From the NCBI GenBank assembly GCA_043809245.1, contig JAZDDZ010000054.1:1-64000 (forward strand): 64,000 nucleotides of DNA, given 5' to 3'. Below are positions 31,465-40,388 of this stretch, in pieces (position 1 is the stretch's first letter; every line of letters begins with the position of its first letter). Origin of the DNA: Candidatus Iainarchaeum sp. (GTDB lineage: Archaea > Iainarchaeota > Iainarchaeia > Iainarchaeales > JAZDDZ01). The translations under genes were made by a program, and so were the position numbers. The notes beneath the pieces were generated by a model. It did no database searches. It was not told the origin of the DNA and saw only the letters and a list, made by a program, of their open reading frames with translations.

Positions 31465-31493
31465 TTGTATTGAATTTTTTCAAAACAGCAGTT

Positions 31494-31545
31494 AATTATT
31501 GTTTTTCAGAATATATTTATAAACTTTTTCTGAAATATAATAATT
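31494..31545. promoter_or_regulatory. 18-bp inverted repeat (16/18) flanking TATA box TTTATAAA; candidate operator
   Basis: AATTATTGTTTTTCAGAA (31494-31511) and TTCTGAAATATAATAATT (31528-31545) bracket 31516-31523. Confidence 0.7.
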
Positions 31546-31564
31546 AATTATTAAAGGCGGCTTT

Positions 31565-33211
31565 ATGCATAAAACATTGATAAAAAACCTGATTTCAGAA
31601 GGGCAAATAACGCCAGGCATGGCGATTAAAGATAAGGCCATTTCAAGCTACACATATTACAGCACGGTTAAGGAACTCGAATCGCTTGGCATAGCTTCAA
31701 CTAAAGACAGCAAGACAGTTTTATCCGACAGCCTAGTTACCGCGGTTTTCAAGAAACTGTTTTTTGAAGGCTTCGACATAGAACTGCTTTCAAAGAAAAA
31801 CGTTAAACTTCTCCTGCTTTTACTGGAGCCAAAAACACTCAATGAACTATCTGAAGAGTACGGGCTTTCCGCCGCCCAGGCAAACAAAAGAGTGTCAAAA
31901 TTCTCGCAATTTCTGGGCAAAGAAGGGAACAAATATGCGCTCTCAAAGTCTAACCCCTTGCTATTTGAATTCATCTCCCTCATTCAAAAAAAGAGCAATG
32001 AAGAATATTTCTGGTCAAAGGGGGAAGAGAAACTACTCAAACTTCCACTTGACTTTGAGTTTGATGGAACGCTCACGGGATTTTCGAGGTTCAGCGAATT
32101 TGGCCTTCAGATAAACCCGTCACACAATTTTGTATATGTGCCAAAAAAAGAACTGCTATTGGAAGAAATATTATCACATGCAATAAAATTTTCGGCAAAC
32201 GCAAACGATTTAGTGTTATGCATATTATTTTACCTGAAAAACAAGCCAAAAATAAATGTGATTGAGATTGAAAAGAACTGCGAAAAACTTGGCGTCCTGC
32301 AACTCTGGTTCGACATTGTATCATACTTGGAAGAACAGCCGGTAAGAGAGGAAAAAATGTTCCTCCCGGGGAAAGAATTCCTCGCAAAAGCAGCTGTTTA
32401 TGACATCCAAACCAAAAAAAGATACGGCCAACAAACCTTGGACAGCATTTTCCATAAAGCCGAAGAAAAACTCCTGGAAAAAGTGAGAATCTTTCTGATT
32501 GGGGGAAACGCACTCATAGAATATAAAGCAAAAAACTCTACAAAAGACATGGACCTTGTGCTGCTAACGCAAAAAGAGGCTGCTTCATTCATTAAGGCAC
32601 TGGAAGAAACCGGATACTCGGAAATAAAGGGAAAAGAACTGCAATACGGACAACTCGAAGCCTCGGCAATGCTGGAGAATGCTGATTCGCCGCGCATAGA
32701 CTTGTTTGTGAGGGTAGTTTGCAACGCCCTTGAATACAGCGAGCGAATGCAAAAAAGGAGCAAAAAAATCAGTGACGGCAAACTGGAAATATACTTGACA
32801 TCACTTGAAGACATTTTCCTTTTAAAAAGCGTTTCTGCAAGAGATTCTGACCTCGTTGACTGTGAAAACATTCTTTCAAAAACAACATTGAACTGGAAAA
32901 TAATTTATGACGAAATAATTTTACAGGACAAGAACCTTTCAGGAATGAAAGAAATGATAATACTTGACCACCTTGAGGCGTTAGAAAAAAGGCTCTCAAT
33001 AAAAATCCCGGTTACAAAAAAAGTCCTGAGCCTGTGCCTTGAAAAAAGTATTCTATATCTAGCAAAAAAACCCATAAGCGCGAACGGCATAACCCGGAAA
33101 ATCGGTTTCCCGAAAACAACAATCAGGAACAAAATAGCTGGACTTGTGAAAAAGAAAAAACTCAAAAAAATCAAAGAAAAACCGTTTAAGGTCGTTATAG
33201 TCAATAATTAA
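31565..33211 (+). CDS. Multi-HTH protein fused to a nucleotidyltransferase (DUF6036/AbiEii-like)
   Basis: IFLIGGNAL..STKDMD NTase motif, DLF, K..S.R..D..D; HTH-like segments at both ends. Confidence 0.75.
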   Translation: MHKTLIKNLISEGQITPGMAIKDKAISSYTYYSTVKELESLGIASTKDSKTVLSDSLVTAVFKKLFFEGFDIELLSKKNVKLLLLLLEPKTLNELSEEYGLSAAQANKRVSKFSQFLGKEGNKYALSKSNPLLFEFISLIQKKSNEEYFWSKGEEKLLKLPLDFEFDGTLTGFSRFSEFGLQINPSHNFVYVPKKELLLEEILSHAIKFSANANDLVLCILFYLKNKPKINVIEIEKNCEKLGVLQLWFDIVSYLEEQPVREEKMFLPGKEFLAKAAVYDIQTKKRYGQQTLDSIFHKAEEKLLEKVRIFLIGGNALIEYKAKNSTKDMDLVLLTQKEAASFIKALEETGYSEIKGKELQYGQLEASAMLENADSPRIDLFVRVVCNALEYSERMQKRSKKISDGKLEIYLTSLEDIFLLKSVSARDSDLVDCENILSKTTLNWKIIYDEIILQDKNLSGMKEMIILDHLEALEKRLSIKIPVTKKVLSLCLEKSILYLAKKPISANGITRKIGFPKTTIRNKIAGLVKKKKLKKIKEKPFKVVIVNN

Positions 33212-33223
33212 GAAGGCGGAAAC

Positions 33224-33688
33224 ATGGGCTGGTACGGCGTATTTTTGGTCCCGAAACTGAAGCTGTGCTTCTACTTAAGAAGCGTTGACCAAGGCGTTCT
33301 TGAATCGCATTTCGAATCTCTGGACAGATTTTTTGACAAGCATGACAAGCTAAAAGAAGACAGCCCCCCCACAGATTCAAGTAATGTTTACACTTCAGGC
33401 TACTGCTGCTCAGGAACATGGCAAACAACAAGCTGCACACCCGCTCAGCAATGCACAGTAAATATAGCAACGCCGTGCACGATTTCAATTGCAGGAGGCA
33501 CAATCAATTCCTGCACACAGCAGAATCTCATCTACCAATACAACGCAACGACAACAGTGAACAACACAGTCAACGGATTACAAGCAAGCAAAGCATACAA
33601 CATCAAAATAGAAAACACGACAACAGGGGCAACACAAAACAAAACTGTAAGCACCAACTCTGCGGGAGTGCTGCAGTTCAGCAACTGA
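33224..33688 (+). pseudogene. Chimeric ORF: 46 unrelated N-terminal residues fused to orphan 3' fragment 2 of the 186..3338 family
   Basis: From ~33362 aligns with 3009..3338; last 89 aa show 16 differences; no signal peptide. Confidence 0.8.
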
Positions 33689-33712
33689 AGCGCGTGATGC
33701 CTGAGCCCCTAT

Positions 33713-33756
33713 AATAGTTTCCTTTTTTTAAGGAAACTTTTTTAAATAGTTTCCTT
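33713..33756. promoter_or_regulatory. Repeated operator-like motif around TATA box of ATPase gene
   Basis: AATAGTTTCCTT at 33713-33724 and 33745-33756, inverted AAGGAAACT at 33730-33738, TTTTTAAATA between. Confidence 0.65.
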
Positions 33757-33768
33757 CTAAGTTATGGT

Positions 33769-35085
33769 GTGGTTTTCATGGTTTCCTTTGACAACTGGGT
33801 TTCTGCCATAAAGGATTTTCATTCAAAAGAGCTTCCTTTCATTGTTCCAAGGGATTACTTTTTTGACCTTAACCTGCCCTTAAGGCGGGCCTATTCAGTA
33901 ATAGGGCCAAGGCGCGCAGGGAAAACCTTCGAATTGTTCCAGATAATCAAATCCTTAAAGGACCAAGGCTTAATGAAGCAGTGCATTTATGCAAATTTTG
34001 AAAAACCCGGGTTTGAGTTCCTTTCAGCCAAAGACCTTGAGGAAATGATGAATGCTTTTTATTTCCTTTACCCTGAAAACAAAAACAAGCAGGCATGGCT
34101 TTTTTTGGACGAAATACAGAACGTCAATGGATGGGAACTGTTCGTTAGGGAACAACTGGATGAAGGGCTCAAGGTATTCATTTCCGGTTCATCCTCCAGA
34201 ATGCTCAGCAGCGAGGTAGCCACCAGCATGCGCGGCAGAACCCTGCCAAAAACAATTTTTCCTTTTTCCTTCAAGGAATACCTCAGGGCAAAAGGGATTT
34301 CCCTGCAAAAAGGCCTGTCATCATCGGAAAAAGCATTAGTGCTAAACCATTTTTCCGACTACTTCAATTACGGCGGTTACCCTGAAGCAGTAATTTATCC
34401 CGCCGAAAGGGAAAACATTTTAACGGAAATAGGGAAAACCGTTGTCCTAAGGGATGTGGTGGAGAGAAAAAAAATAAAAAACCCAGAAGCACTTAACAGG
34501 CTGGTTGAAGGGCTTTTTCACTCAAAAGAATTTTCAGTCAATAAGTTTTACAAGCATTTGAAATACCTCGGCGTAAAGACAAGCAAGGATTCCCTTTACG
34601 CATACCTGGGCTATTTAAACGAGGCTTTTTTCGCCTTTACCCTGAAAAAATTTTCCTTTTCCTTAAAGAAATCAGAGCAATCAACGCCCAAAATTTACTT
34701 CATTGACAACGGCCTGCTTAGAATACGCGGAATTCACGACAAGGGAAGGCTTCTGGAAAACGCAGTATTCATTGAACTCCTGCGGCGCGGAAAAGAACTC
34801 GCCTATTACAGGACAGATTCAGGCACCCTTGAAACCGATTTCATTGTAAAAAAAGACAACCATGTAACAGAAATAATCCAGGCATGCTACGATTTAAGCG
34901 AACCAGAAACAAAAAAAAGAGAACTAAAAGCACTGCTCAACGCAGGCAAAGAATTCAACTGCAAAAAACTCTCAATAATCACATTCGACTACACAGCCGA
35001 AGAAACACACAAATTCGAAAAAACCAAATTTAAAATAAAATTCATTCCCCTCTGGAAATGGCTATTGGAAAACAAAAAGGCATAA
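33769..35085 (+). CDS. AAA+ ATPase (AAA_14) with C-terminal DUF4143 domain
   Basis: Walker A GPRRAGKT, Walker B LFLDEIQ, SGSSS, GGYPE, KIYFIDNG, ETDF..IQ. Confidence 0.9.
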   Translation: MVFMVSFDNWVSAIKDFHSKELPFIVPRDYFFDLNLPLRRAYSVIGPRRAGKTFELFQIIKSLKDQGLMKQCIYANFEKPGFEFLSAKDLEEMMNAFYFLYPENKNKQAWLFLDEIQNVNGWELFVREQLDEGLKVFISGSSSRMLSSEVATSMRGRTLPKTIFPFSFKEYLRAKGISLQKGLSSSEKALVLNHFSDYFNYGGYPEAVIYPAERENILTEIGKTVVLRDVVERKKIKNPEALNRLVEGLFHSKEFSVNKFYKHLKYLGVKTSKDSLYAYLGYLNEAFFAFTLKKFSFSLKKSEQSTPKIYFIDNGLLRIRGIHDKGRLLENAVFIELLRRGKELAYYRTDSGTLETDFIVKKDNHVTEIIQACYDLSEPETKKRELKALLNAGKEFNCKKLSIITFDYTAEETHKFEKTKFKIKFIPLWKWLLENKKA

Positions 35086-35099
35086 ATAGGGGAAAGCAC

Positions 35100-35360
35100 G
35101 TACGTGTTTAGCTCTGTAGGCTCGCGAGCATTTGTTTGTATGGGTTGAGTCCTCTTTGTTCCCATGTCGCTATCAAGCTGCTGAGTATGTCGTGGTTGCG
35201 GGTTCCTTTTACATTTCTCAGGCACCCGTAGATTTTGCGTTGAACCACGGCTTCACGCAACGCCCGTTCCGCGCGGTTGTTTGTGGGTTCGATTTCTGGG
35301 CGTAAAATGAATGTGAACCAGTGGTTGTCGCCATTGCGGATTTTTTCAACGAATTTTTCA
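35100..35360 (-). mobile_element. Truncated IS66-family transposase 3' end with probable right terminal repeat
   Basis: PTNNRAERALREAVVQRK..SLIATW..RGLNP IS66 motif; GTACGTGTTTAGC at 35100 resembles IS66 ends. Confidence 0.82.
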
Positions 35361-35387
35361 AGCGGAGCACTGAAGTTCAGCACATAA
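35358..35387 (+). pseudogene. Orphan 3' fragment 3 of the 186..3338 family (SSGALKFST*)
   Basis: GGAGCACTGAAGTTCAGCACATAA vs GGAGTGCTGCAGTTCAGCAACTGA (end of 33224..33688); short, at the IS truncation point. Confidence 0.6.
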
Positions 35388-35504
35388 TGCGAAGGGAATA
35401 ACCCGCTTGCTTCCTGAAGCCACTACAAAACGCCAAAAAGCCAAATTATTAACTCTTTCCCGTTAATAGTTAACTTTATATATGTGTTAAGCTGCAATTA
35501 GTAT

Positions 35505-35855
35505 ATGGATTCCCGCAAACTAGCTTTAGTTTTAGGCGTGGCGCTTTTGGCTTTTGTTTTTCTGGATTCCAGCGCCTCAGCAACACCATATTATGTTATG
35601 GGCTCCGCGACTTACGTGAGGGGCGCAGCAGACTATTATGCTCCAACTGTAAATGTTTACTCAAGCCCGTATTATTACCCTTCTTACGGCTATGGAATGG
35701 GCTACATCAGCTATCCTTATCGCGGTGACACCTATTGGAAGTTCGACCCATACGCAGGCTTATACCCTATGAGGCCGGCAAACGTGTACATGCCTTATTA
35801 TCCGTCCCCTTCAATGGGCTCAGGCTATGTCATGGCTGCATATTACTACAATTAA
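35505..35855 (+). CDS. Small secreted Tyr-rich protein
   Basis: Signal peptide; 24 Tyr in ~90 mature residues; TATA TTTATATA upstream. Confidence 0.75.
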   Translation: MDSRKLALVLGVALLAFVFLDSSASATPYYVMGSATYVRGAADYYAPTVNVYSSPYYYPSYGYGMGYISYPYRGDTYWKFDPYAGLYPMRPANVYMPYYPSPSMGSGYVMAAYYYN

Positions 35856-35903
35856 GGCAGCCTTGGATTAAAGGGATAAAAAAGCAAAAAAAGGTTTTAA
35901 GGA

Positions 35904-38114
35904 ATGAACAAAATAATTTTTGCCCTGGCTTTTTTCTTTGTGATTTTTTTAGCCTCGGCTGTTTGCGCTTCAAGCAACTGGTATTTGGGAATCAGTTCGC
36001 ACGGCGCAACAATAGAGGTATTCAAGGGCAATGCCTGGCTTTCGTTTGGAACGCCTTACGACTATTACTATAACGACTGGTATTTCTTCCAGCAGCCATG
36101 GCGCTATAATTACGCAGGAAACTGGGTGAACTATGATTCGGGGTGGTACAATTTTGGCGCTGACTGGTTTTACAGCCCCTACTCCTACAACTATTATTCG
36201 CCGAGCTATTACTATCATTCAGGGGGCTGGAATTATTCGCCTTACTGGTATTCTGACCCTGGAATAACGCTTTACTACAACAAGTATTACCCTTACTACG
36301 ACCCGGTAATTGTTCCGCAGTCGCCTTACTATTACGGCGGCGGAGTATCATACAACCCTGAAAAGCTTGCAGGCTGCTCGGAGATAAGCCTTTCCGCGGA
36401 AAACGCTTTCATCAATGCGGGAACAACTGAAAACGTTGAGCTGAAAATTCAGAACAATTCAACGCAAGATTTTAAGGTTTCCTCAATTGACGCGTACATC
36501 CCTTCATTTGATGTGGAAAAAAGCGGGCTTGACTACGGCTCAACTGTTAAGGCAAAAACAACCGCAAAAGTTTCACTTGATTTAAGCGCCTCACAGGCAT
36601 CGGAAACCCAGAACTTCAACGCAAAATTCAAGGTTTCAGGAAGCTTTTCCGACGGATTGACTTACTGCAGCTACTCAGATATAGGAGTTAAGGAATTCAA
36701 TGTGCAGGTAAACGAAGCAAGCAAAGCCGCTAAAACGCAAAGTGCGGGGACAACTTTTTCAGCAAGCCAGCCAAGCGCTTACGCAATTGTTTCTCCATCA
36801 ACCGCTTCCACTGCAAGCAACACATGGCAAAGCGTGGAACCGGATGCGCCGAGCAACGGAATACAGCAGGCCGAGCCACAGCAGGAAACCGCTTTCTTCC
36901 AAAGCAACTGCAATGGCCTGGCAATCGCAACAGAAGGAATCTCGGTTGAATCAGGGGGAATTGCCAAAAAGAATTTTTTGCTTAAAAATTTCGGCGCGGA
37001 AAAATTCTACATTGATTCCGTTGAAGTGAATGGCAGTTCCGGCAAATTCGGCGTTGCGCCGTCCTATTCGCCTTCATTTGTTTTCGCGGGCTCGGAATCG
37101 CTGATAGGCGTGGCGGTTTCAGCGGAAAGCGTTGAAAGTGACGCTGTTGGAAGCGCAACAGTAAAGGTCAAAGGGCATTACGCTGGCGGGGTTTACTGCG
37201 AGGCGGGTCCCGAGGAGTTTTATGTTTTTGTTGAGGCTGTAAAAAAGCCGGCTTGCCCTAATGTTTCCATTAAAACACCCGCAACAGTTGAGGCTGTAGG
37301 AACAGCAGCCGCGTTTTCATTCACAGCGGAAAATTCAGCTGACAGGCAGGCAATTGTTTCATTGAGCGGAAAAAATTTGGATGTTGAAAACAATTCATTT
37401 GCAATTGCGCCGAACACGGTTGCCGAAAGGGCTGTGCTTGCGGAAAACCTTTCCGCAGAAGCGGGATGGGTTATCTTCTCAATCTCGGTTCCTGGCAGTG
37501 GATGCGAATATCTCCAAAAAACCACAAAAATACTTGGCGAAAAAAAAGCAGAAGCGCAGGGGGAAGGCCCAGGATTGGTGGAAGGAATTGAGCTTGTAAG
37601 CTTCACTGAAAGAGCGGACATGAATAACTCTGCGCTGATTGAGGTTGTTTTGAAAAACAATTCAGCGGAAAACGCAAATGTTTCGCTTGGCATTAAGGGT
37701 TTGCCTGAAGGGTTTTATGTTAGGGGCATTGAAAGCGTGCTGCCTTCAGGGGCAAGCCGCTCTTTTTTCATTGAAGTGAAAACAAACAATGCGCAGAAAG
37801 GCCTTTCAACAGGAATACTTGAAGTGGTTTCAGGGGAGCGCGTTTTTGAAAGGGGCGTGCAATTCAATGTGCTTGGCGGGATAAGCATTGAAGAGCCGGA
37901 GGAAGGCACAGGGGAAACCGCTGACCAGAACACGATAATCGTTCCACTGCAGAAAATTGCGGCAAGCGCTTTTGCGGTTCTTTCAAATAATTCGCTTGCA
38001 TTAGGAGTTCTTGTCTTGGCTATACTTGTTATTGCACTGCTCTATGTTAACGCAAAAGAAACAGAAAAAGACATGAAGAACGCGGAGAAATGGCGCGGCA
38101 GCAATAAGGAATAA
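35904..38114 (+). CDS. Membrane-anchored surface protein with Tyr/Trp-rich N-terminus and Ig-like domains
   Basis: Signal peptide, Y/W/S/P-rich first ~130 aa, repeated beta-sandwich-like units, C-terminal TM. Confidence 0.8.
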   Translation: MNKIIFALAFFFVIFLASAVCASSNWYLGISSHGATIEVFKGNAWLSFGTPYDYYYNDWYFFQQPWRYNYAGNWVNYDSGWYNFGADWFYSPYSYNYYSPSYYYHSGGWNYSPYWYSDPGITLYYNKYYPYYDPVIVPQSPYYYGGGVSYNPEKLAGCSEISLSAENAFINAGTTENVELKIQNNSTQDFKVSSIDAYIPSFDVEKSGLDYGSTVKAKTTAKVSLDLSASQASETQNFNAKFKVSGSFSDGLTYCSYSDIGVKEFNVQVNEASKAAKTQSAGTTFSASQPSAYAIVSPSTASTASNTWQSVEPDAPSNGIQQAEPQQETAFFQSNCNGLAIATEGISVESGGIAKKNFLLKNFGAEKFYIDSVEVNGSSGKFGVAPSYSPSFVFAGSESLIGVAVSAESVESDAVGSATVKVKGHYAGGVYCEAGPEEFYVFVEAVKKPACPNVSIKTPATVEAVGTAAAFSFTAENSADRQAIVSLSGKNLDVENNSFAIAPNTVAERAVLAENLSAEAGWVIFSISVPGSGCEYLQKTTKILGEKKAEAQGEGPGLVEGIELVSFTERADMNNSALIEVVLKNNSAENANVSLGIKGLPEGFYVRGIESVLPSGASRSFFIEVKTNNAQKGLSTGILEVVSGERVFERGVQFNVLGGISIEEPEEGTGETADQNTIIVPLQKIAASAFAVLSNNSLALGVLVLAILVIALLYVNAKETEKDMKNAEKWRGSNKE

Positions 38115-38139
38115 ATACTGCTTTAAACTATTTATTGGC

Positions 38140-38319
38140 ATGCGGCCGCCAAGGAAAAAACGCCAACAAACAAAAATTCCCAGAAAGAGGCTGACTGAAG
38201 AGCAACGCACAGTATTACACCGCTCCATTGCAAAAGTGAAAAAGGGAAAGCCACTTACCACTGAAGAAAGGAATATATACAATAGGTTCCGTGCATGGCA
38301 TAATAAGCATACAAAATAA
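38140..38319 (+). CDS. Small basic protein (59 aa), absent from ORF track
   Basis: MRPPRKKRQQTKIPRKRLTEEQR..NRFRAWHNKHTK*; fills the gap between two genes. Confidence 0.5.
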   Translation: MRPPRKKRQQTKIPRKRLTEEQRTVLHRSIAKVKKGKPLTTEERNIYNRFRAWHNKHTK

Positions 38320-38405
38320 TGGTAAGCGCAAAGGCCTCTGCTTTTTTTAAAAAAAACCGAATCGTAAAGTATTTAAAGCTGAACTGCGTTATTAGATAAA
38401 TCAAA

Positions 38406-40130
38406 ATGCGCGGAAAAAAGGTTTTTTTGGTTTTATTCTTTACAGCATTGCTTTTGGCAATTGCCTCTGCTGACACTTACCGCATTACAATAACGCCTCA
38501 AGCCGCAGTGCCTGACATAACCCCGCCAGTGATTTCCAGCGTGGCTTCCTCTTCAGTTGACCGCAATTCAGCGGTTATTACCTGGGCCACAAACGAGTCC
38601 TCTGATTCAAACGTGCTTTACGGCAAAACAAGCGCAAACAAGAACCAAAGCAAATACTCTTTAACCATGGTTTTATCGCATTCAGTTTCCCTTACTTTGC
38701 TGGATGCAAACACCACTTATTATTATGCGGTCAAAAGCTGCGATGCAAACCATAACTGTGCCACTTCAAGCGAAAGCACGTTTAAGACAACAAGCTGTTC
38801 AGTCGGGCGCATTCTCTGCGGCAGCACATGCGTATTGCCTGCATGCAATGTGAACAGCGACTGCCCAAGCGACAACAACAGCACGACAACAGAGGTATGC
38901 AACAATCCAGGAACTTGCACAGCGTCCTGCGCGTCAGTGCCGCTACAGGCATGCCCTTCGGGAACAGCAATCAGCGCGCCATGCAGGTGCGGAAGCACAA
39001 TAATAAGCAGCGGATTGTGCTGCAGCGGCACCCCAAAAATTCCCTGCACAAATGCCTCGGAATGCAATGACAATGATGTTTGCACAAACGACTCCTGCCT
39101 TAACCCGGGAACATGCAGTGCGGCTTGCACTAATGCAACGGTTCCAAACTGCGTTCCACCACCAGTGTGCGGGGATGGAACATGCAGTGGAGGCGAAACT
39201 TGCTCTTCCTGTTCCAATGACTGCGGGGGATGCCCTGCAACACAGGTTTGCGGTGACGGAAGCTGCAGCGGAACAGAGGACTGCTCTTCATGCTCTAGCG
39301 ACTGCGGCTCCTGCGGAACAGGGCCTGGCGGTTCGCCCGGTTCAAGCACTGGAACAGTTGCGCGTTGCGGCAACGGCTTGTGTGAAAGGGGCGGAGGAGA
39401 GAACACGCTTAACTGCCTTATTGACTGCGGAAACCAGAATGTTTTGGCGCAAATGGACAGCGACAATGACGGAAGCACTGCTGACAAGGACTGCGATGAC
39501 AAGAATCCCGCTGTAAAGGAATGCACTGGCTGCATGATCTGCAAAAAGAATGCCTGTGTTGAAACCGCTGCATGCGGAAATATTTCTTTGGATGACTCTG
39601 ATGGGGACGGCTTGACCAATGCAAGGGAAGCCGAACTAGGCACAAATCCCAATGAAATTGACTCAGACAAGGACACTGTTAGCGACGGACAGGAAGGCCA
39701 GGACGGAACAGACCCCTTGGATGAAACAAGCAACCTTGTGAGGGTGCATGCTTTTGGAATAATAGATGTTAATGCAGTGCAGCAAATAACTTTGTCACAC
39801 CCGAAAACAGGGAACGTGCGCGGATTTTACGTTGACATAATTTCGCCGAGCGGAAGGATTTTCCATTTGCAGGCGGAGGATGACACTATAAGCTTTACGG
39901 TTAGCGAGCCGGGAAAATACATTGTGAAAGCATACAAGGAAGGGTTAAAGGATGAGACAACTTTCACTGTTAAAAAAGAAGGCGAAGTTGTGTTGCCTGG
40001 TTTGCCAGGGCAGCCGCAGACAATAGCGCCTTGGTGGCTGTTTGTCTTGCCGGTTATTTCAGCGGCGGTAAGCGCAGCGATTCTTTACGGCTATCTGGTC
40101 AGAAGGAAAAGGCTTGCGGGACAGGGATAA
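38406..40130 (+). CDS. Surface protein: FN3-like domain, Cys-rich repeats, thrombospondin type-3-like Ca repeats, C-terminal TM
   Basis: DITPPVIS..W.TNE.SDS; CGDG.CS..E.CSSC..DCG.C x2; DSDGDGL.N..E...GT.P...DSD; TM + RRKR. Confidence 0.85.
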   Translation: MRGKKVFLVLFFTALLLAIASADTYRITITPQAAVPDITPPVISSVASSSVDRNSAVITWATNESSDSNVLYGKTSANKNQSKYSLTMVLSHSVSLTLLDANTTYYYAVKSCDANHNCATSSESTFKTTSCSVGRILCGSTCVLPACNVNSDCPSDNNSTTTEVCNNPGTCTASCASVPLQACPSGTAISAPCRCGSTIISSGLCCSGTPKIPCTNASECNDNDVCTNDSCLNPGTCSAACTNATVPNCVPPPVCGDGTCSGGETCSSCSNDCGGCPATQVCGDGSCSGTEDCSSCSSDCGSCGTGPGGSPGSSTGTVARCGNGLCERGGGENTLNCLIDCGNQNVLAQMDSDNDGSTADKDCDDKNPAVKECTGCMICKKNACVETAACGNISLDDSDGDGLTNAREAELGTNPNEIDSDKDTVSDGQEGQDGTDPLDETSNLVRVHAFGIIDVNAVQQITLSHPKTGNVRGFYVDIISPSGRIFHLQAEDDTISFTVSEPGKYIVKAYKEGLKDETTFTVKKEGEVVLPGLPGQPQTIAPWWLFVLPVISAAVSAAILYGYLVRRKRLAGQG

Positions 40131-40388
40131 AAGCGGTTTCGCTTATAACGTTTGGCTTGCGGAAACCATCCGGCACAAGCTTTAAATACCTTTTTGATGC
40201 AAATATCTTAAGTTTAAAGCAAACTGTATCTTTGGAGAGCCTCCAAGGATATAACTGCCGAAAAACAGCGTTTTCAACGAGTTTTTTGGTTTTTTAACCC
40301 CCTATGCAGGGCAGGTATTTGCTTTGATGCATTATACTTGGCTTTGCCTTTTTGCTTTATAACCGCAATGAAAGGATTGGTTTAAGGA

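Noticed and set aside
33362-33688. Template/variable repeat pair of a diversity-generating retroelement with 3009..3338
   Set aside because: Mismatches involve all bases and are not adenine-specific; no reverse transcriptase in the window
35384-35401. Duplicate of the rtcB 3' end marking an att site (ATAATGCGAAGGGAATAA vs GTAATGAAGGGGTAA)
   Set aside because: Needs several indels in a short stretch; consistent with chance
38723-39733. Long antisense ORFs (e.g. 38723..39733, 41844..42659, 45594..46505)
   Set aside because: Shadows of well-supported sense genes with no recognisable motifs
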